A stretch of DNA of 64,000 nt from the NCBI GenBank assembly GCA_026936335.1, contig JAPMXV010000049.1, forward strand, positions 1-64,000, written 5' to 3'. Shown one piece after another: positions 59,801 to 64,000 of the stretch. Each line of letters begins with the position of its first letter. Within the stretch, counting starts at the first letter, position 1. Origin of the DNA: Mantamonas sphyraenae STR306. Lineage: Eukaryota; Protista; CRuMs. A model generated the notes under the pieces. It was not told where the DNA came from. It ran no database searches and was given only the letters and a program-made list of their open reading frames with translations. Position numbers and translations under genes: made by a program.

Positions 59801-62800
59801 CCTCTCCCTCCCTCCCTCCCTCCCTCCCTCTCTCTCCCTCCCTCCCTTCAACAACGTACAGGTGCCAAATCCATACGCCTTTGAATTGGCAAGCGACACC
59901 GGAGCGGCCACAATCGAAATATTGCTGCGCGGACTGCCAGGTACATCCACGTTGTCCACCTTGATGGACAGGTCATACACGCCGGCTACCGTCATGTTGA
60001 TGCTCGCACGCACCACACCCGGCACTGTACCATGACTCAACACACCTGCCACGTTGCCCAGTGCCACAGAAAAGCGTGACACATCTGCCACGGGGCTCGT
60101 GCGCAGGTTGCCAAACACGTCTCTGCTCTGCACATCCACCACATATGCTTGTCCTGCCACGCCAACTGTGTTCAGCGTGCCATCCACAACCGTGCTTGTT
60201 GTCGCGTCTGCCTGAGCGGCGGCCACAATCAGGCCATCCACTGTACGCGTCGCACCTCCGTTTACTCGCACAGCAAGCGAGTAGGTGCCGCCTTGTGTCA
60301 GATTCGCCACAATTTGATACTGCCCCATGCCCAGCGACTGCACGCTCACGCCTGCTGTGCTCCCGTTGAACTGCGCCCCAAACACGTCCATGTTGCCGGT
60401 GCGGTTGTTTCCAAAGCTGTCCCTTGACTGCACGTCGATGAGCAGCGGCACGCCGGCCACTCCACCCGCAAGTCCTGCTCCGCTCAGCAAACACGTCTGC
60501 ACGTCCACGGCGCCCGCGCTCACCACAAGCGTGTACGGAGACCCAAGCAGGCTGCTGTTCCCGTTCACATAGTTCACGTGCACTGCGTGCACACCACTCT
60601 CCGTCACGTTGTACTCGGCCGTGTGCACTCCCGTGTTGCCTACGTTGACCACCTTGCCACTCACCTCCTTTCCGCTTCCGTTGCTCACAATGCGCACCGA
60701 AAACACGTCGGCCACGCCATTCATGTCGCCCGAGTCGCGCGGTACCGCGTACGTGTCCACCGCTTGGATGGAGAATGTCGACACGCTGCCCGCCGACGAG
60801 CTGTTCAGCCCGTTCCCCGACGCGTAGCTCAGCGAACCGTTCGTGGGGTAATTCACAACCACGCGGTAAGGGCTGCCTGCGACACCAGGCGGATTGGCCA
60901 GCACAAACAGAGCAGGCGCATCGGCGCTGAAGGAAGCACCGTTTCGCAGCTCGCCTCGGATGCTCGACGACGTCGTGTCCTGTGCTGCGCTGCCCGAACC
61001 CTCATCAAACGAAAAGAAGGCCACCAAGTTGCTCTCTGTCGGCAGGACAATGCGCGACACACGTGCTTGGAGCACAGCATCGCTTGCGACCGTGTTCCAG
61101 ATGCGCAGCTCGTCCAGCTGGCCGTTGAAGTATTGCGGGTCCGAGTTGGTCATCTGCCGCCCGATGCTGGCTCCTGCGTTGGCTAGGAAACTGATCGTCG
61201 TCGTCGTGGCCAGGGATGCCACAGCCTGCCCTTGCACCAGCAGCCGCAGTGTGATGCCATTAAAGGTGCACGCCGTGTGGTGCCACGCACCATCTGTGTA
61301 CAAGGTGCTTGCAGGCGATGTCACGCTGTACTGCGCTCCAAGCACATCAAAAATCGAGCACTTCACCTGCCCGTTGATCAGCTGCAGCCAGTAGCCCTTT
61401 TCTAGCCAGCGGAAAATCGTTCCTGTCCCGTTGACGCTGCTCTTGAACCACGTCTCCAGCGTAAACACATTGTTGGTCACCGCTGCCGGGTAGCCCAGAT
61501 ACACGTAGTCGTTCACTCCGTCCAGCGCAAGTGAGAAGCGGTTCACCAGAGGGCCCTCCCGCCCGATTGCCGCGTTGTACACCGCTCGCTGTGTTGCGTT
61601 GAACACAATACGATACCTGCCATCCAGCAAATCGGCCACCGAGCCCACCACGTCCGTGCTCACGTGTTTGGCCGCCCCAAACACAGCCGAGTACAGCTGC
61701 CCTCCGGATGTAAGGTTCGTGCCTGCCCGTCCCGTCGATTGCAACACCAACTCCTTGTTCATGCTCGGCTGTGTTGTTGACAACGGCAAGCCCGTCACCG
61801 ACGATGGTTCCGCGCTCACCTCCACCGTAAATGGCGATCCCTGGATGTGTTTCCGCGAGTCAAACAGACTCGACGGCGTATCCTGCACGTATGTAAGGCT
61901 GCCCACGTGTGTGCCGTTGTGCTTGCCCGTCACATCCACTGCTATCGAGCCGCTCTGTTCATCCATAGCCCACGCAGCAACCAGCCCGACATCGTTTGCG
62001 TTGGCTCCGATTTCCATGCTGAACTGCAGTTCTTTCTGGTTCAACGTGCGGTTCCACACGCGCACGTCGTCCATCAAACCCTGATACACAAGCGCCCCAG
62101 TCGACGCCCCAATCGTCAGTTCCGACGGAGAGCCGTAGTCAAGCGTCGCCGCAAGGGCGCGCGAGTTGATCAAGCCCCCGTCCACGTACAGAGACATGGT
62201 CTGTCCGTTGTAACCACACGCAACATGGTGCCATGTGCTGTCTGCGTACGATGCTGTGGGCGACTGCAGCCGCTGCAGGCCATGCACCTGCACAAAGAAG
62301 ATGCACTCCAGGTAATTGTCAAACAGTCGCACACCCCATCCGTTGCTAGCCCAGCGCAGCAGAAAGTTGTTGCTGCCCACACTGGTCTTGAACCACGCCG
62401 AATACATCACTTGCGCGCTCTGAAATGCGCTCGACGCCGCTACGCGCACATAGTTTGTTCCGCTCGCGGGCCACGAAAGTGCGCTCAACGACGGCCTCGG
62501 GCCTGTGTGACCCATCCATCACAACACATACGCGTCCCAGTCCATGCAAGACACACGCATGCACACATGCATGTTCACATCGTCCCGTCAACCGCCGCCA
62601 TGCGTGTGTGCAGAACGCACGTAAGCGTGTGCCCGTTTTCGCCCCAGCCGGTGTCAGCCTGCTGCCCGTTGAACGCGTTGCCTTTGCCCGCCTCGTGCGC
62701 CCTTCTGCATCACCCCCACGCCCATTTCTGCTCCGTGTACACCATGATGCTCGCCAATGCACATCCTCACTGAATGGCCATGCCTACCATGCCCTTCATA

Positions 62801-63364
62801 CCCCCTCGGGGGTCGTGCAAGGACATGCGTCGTCCTCTTCACACTCTTTGCTCGCGCCAAACACCTACCTTGCAATGTCACTGCCAGTTCGTATGTCCCT
62901 GGCGTGTATGATGTATATGTTGCCGTGTATGTTCCGTTACCGTTGTCCACCACAAGGGCCGTGATCGACGCCGGCCCGGCAAACGACACCACAAACGAAT
63001 CTCCACCGACCGAGATGGCGCTGCTCGCGTTGCGCGCCTCAATCATGAACGACCGGTCGTATCCAGCGATGTGGCTGGTCAACCCCTCGCCTGATGCCCT
63101 CGACAGTGCTGCCACTGTGCCTACCGTTGTCGTTTGGTCGATATCTGTGTGTTGCGGTCACGTTTTCAACACCTCCGTCAGCTCGCGTTTTGAACGTTGG
63201 GATCAATCCCGAAACCGTCCCGGCAACAACCCGTCTTCCATACCCTCCCACACACACGCACCCCCCCCCCCTTCCCCCCTCCCCTCCACACACACACACA
63301 TCCACATACACTGCGCATGAGCACACAAGCTCAAGCAGAGCAGAAGTACCGCGACTCGCAGCAT
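50895..63364 (-). CDS. Giant polycystin-1-like surface protein (~3,950 aa): signal peptide, ~18 filamin-type Ig repeats, 2 LamG, reelin-like domain, REJ, GAIN-GPS, ~5 TM and acidic tail (introns 63309-63145, 62868-62503, 59859-59768)
   Basis: Leader MLRVAVLLLCLSLCAHAQ; repeated RDxFGN..GSPF units; LamG WHH..C..G.MDD/LDE.R.WN; REJ-type GGDRVVS..LDGSKS; GPS CEFWN..W...GC..CECNHLTAFAV. Exons sum to 11,847 nt in frame. Confidence 0.88.
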
Positions 63365-63415
63365 CTCCGGTTTCTTGTTGGCTGCCACTGCGCCGCCGCA
63401 AGCAACGACACCAGC
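63365..63415. promoter_or_regulatory. Putative minimal bidirectional promoter (51 bp)
   Basis: The only sequence between two divergent ATGs: T-rich left side, TGCGCCG core, C/A-rich right side. Confidence 0.5.
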
Positions 63416-64000
63416 ATGCGCGTGGCCCTTTGTGTTCTCCTTGTGTTTGCTGTTGTGCTCCACGCCCACGGCGAATCTGGTGCGTTCCATCCTCTTCCCC
63501 CCGTTCATGCTCAACGAACCCCCTTTCCCCCCCCCACGGATGGGTGTCTCGTTCCCGCCATCCGCTCCCGCCACACACACTGACAACCCCAGCACCTCGC
63601 CTCACAGTCACCTCACAGGGCACCCAGGCTTCACAGTCTGTTGCCACGGGCTCGGGACTCGCCAGCCACATTGCCGGCTACTTCCAAACCTTCACCATCT
63701 CTGCACGCACCGCCGCCGGCGCTGCCGTCGCATCCGGCACCGACAAGTTTCGAGTTCACCTCCAGTCCAACACAGATGCCACCACCATCACCGGCTCTGT
63801 CGTTGACTTTGCAAACGGCACCTACGCTGTCCGCTACGCCTCCTACAATCCAGGCTCCTTTGCCCTCAACGTCCGTCTCGCAGGTCCGTTCACCTCGCCT
63901 CCCCGCATTTTGCCGTTTCCCGCATCCCCACTCGAACATCCCCCCGTTCCCCTTTCCCCTCGCTCCCTTGCACAACCCCACCCCACCTCCACTCTCCGAT
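63416..64000 (+). CDS. 5' end of a paralogous filamin-repeat surface protein (exons 63416-63479 and 63609-63883; continues beyond the window)
   Basis: Signal peptide MRVALCVLLVFAVVLHAHGES. Exon 2 translates VTSQGTQASQSVATGSGLASHIAGYFQTFTISAR..VVDFANGTYAVRYASYNPGSFALNVRLA, homologous to exon 2 of the adjacent gene. Confidence 0.85.

Noticed and set aside
1-64000. Alternative genetic code or U12-type introns
   Set aside because: TAA, TAG and TGA all end conserved genes at expected positions, and all inferred introns are ordinary GT-AG.

Overview
Left end of a chromosome from a compact-genome, GC-rich eukaryote. It has (CCCTAA)n telomeres, short GT-AG introns and a standard code; SPATA17 suggests a flagellate protist, but the taxon cannot be fixed from the window. 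Gene order after the telomere: an orphan protein with a duplicated domain; a spliced coiled-coil/kinase gene; a head-to-head glycosyltransferase pair; BLOC1S2; two RPS25 copies; a WDFY3/Alfy-type BEACH-WD40-FYVE gene; phosphatidylserine synthase; alkaline phosphatase; a coiled-coil protein; a permuted papain-like protein; a RING protein; a Nup214/159-like FG protein with 270-bp repeats; USO1/p115; SPATA17; two ABCC transporters; and a ~3,950-aa polycystin-1-like surface protein. Main findings: (1) the giant filamin-repeat/REJ/GAIN-GPS receptor has LamG and reelin-like domains nested inside filamin repeats, and sits head-to-head, 51 bp from an unannotated paralogue with the same intron positions; (2) divergent spacers are only 47-73 bp, and several ATGA/GTGA stop-start overlaps hint at polycistronic or coupled expression; (3) a strand-fixed C skew is independent of gene orientation and changes inside a single gene. 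Several single-base frameshifts lie in homopolymers and look like long-read errors. Gene models were inferred by eye from splice signals and protein motifs.
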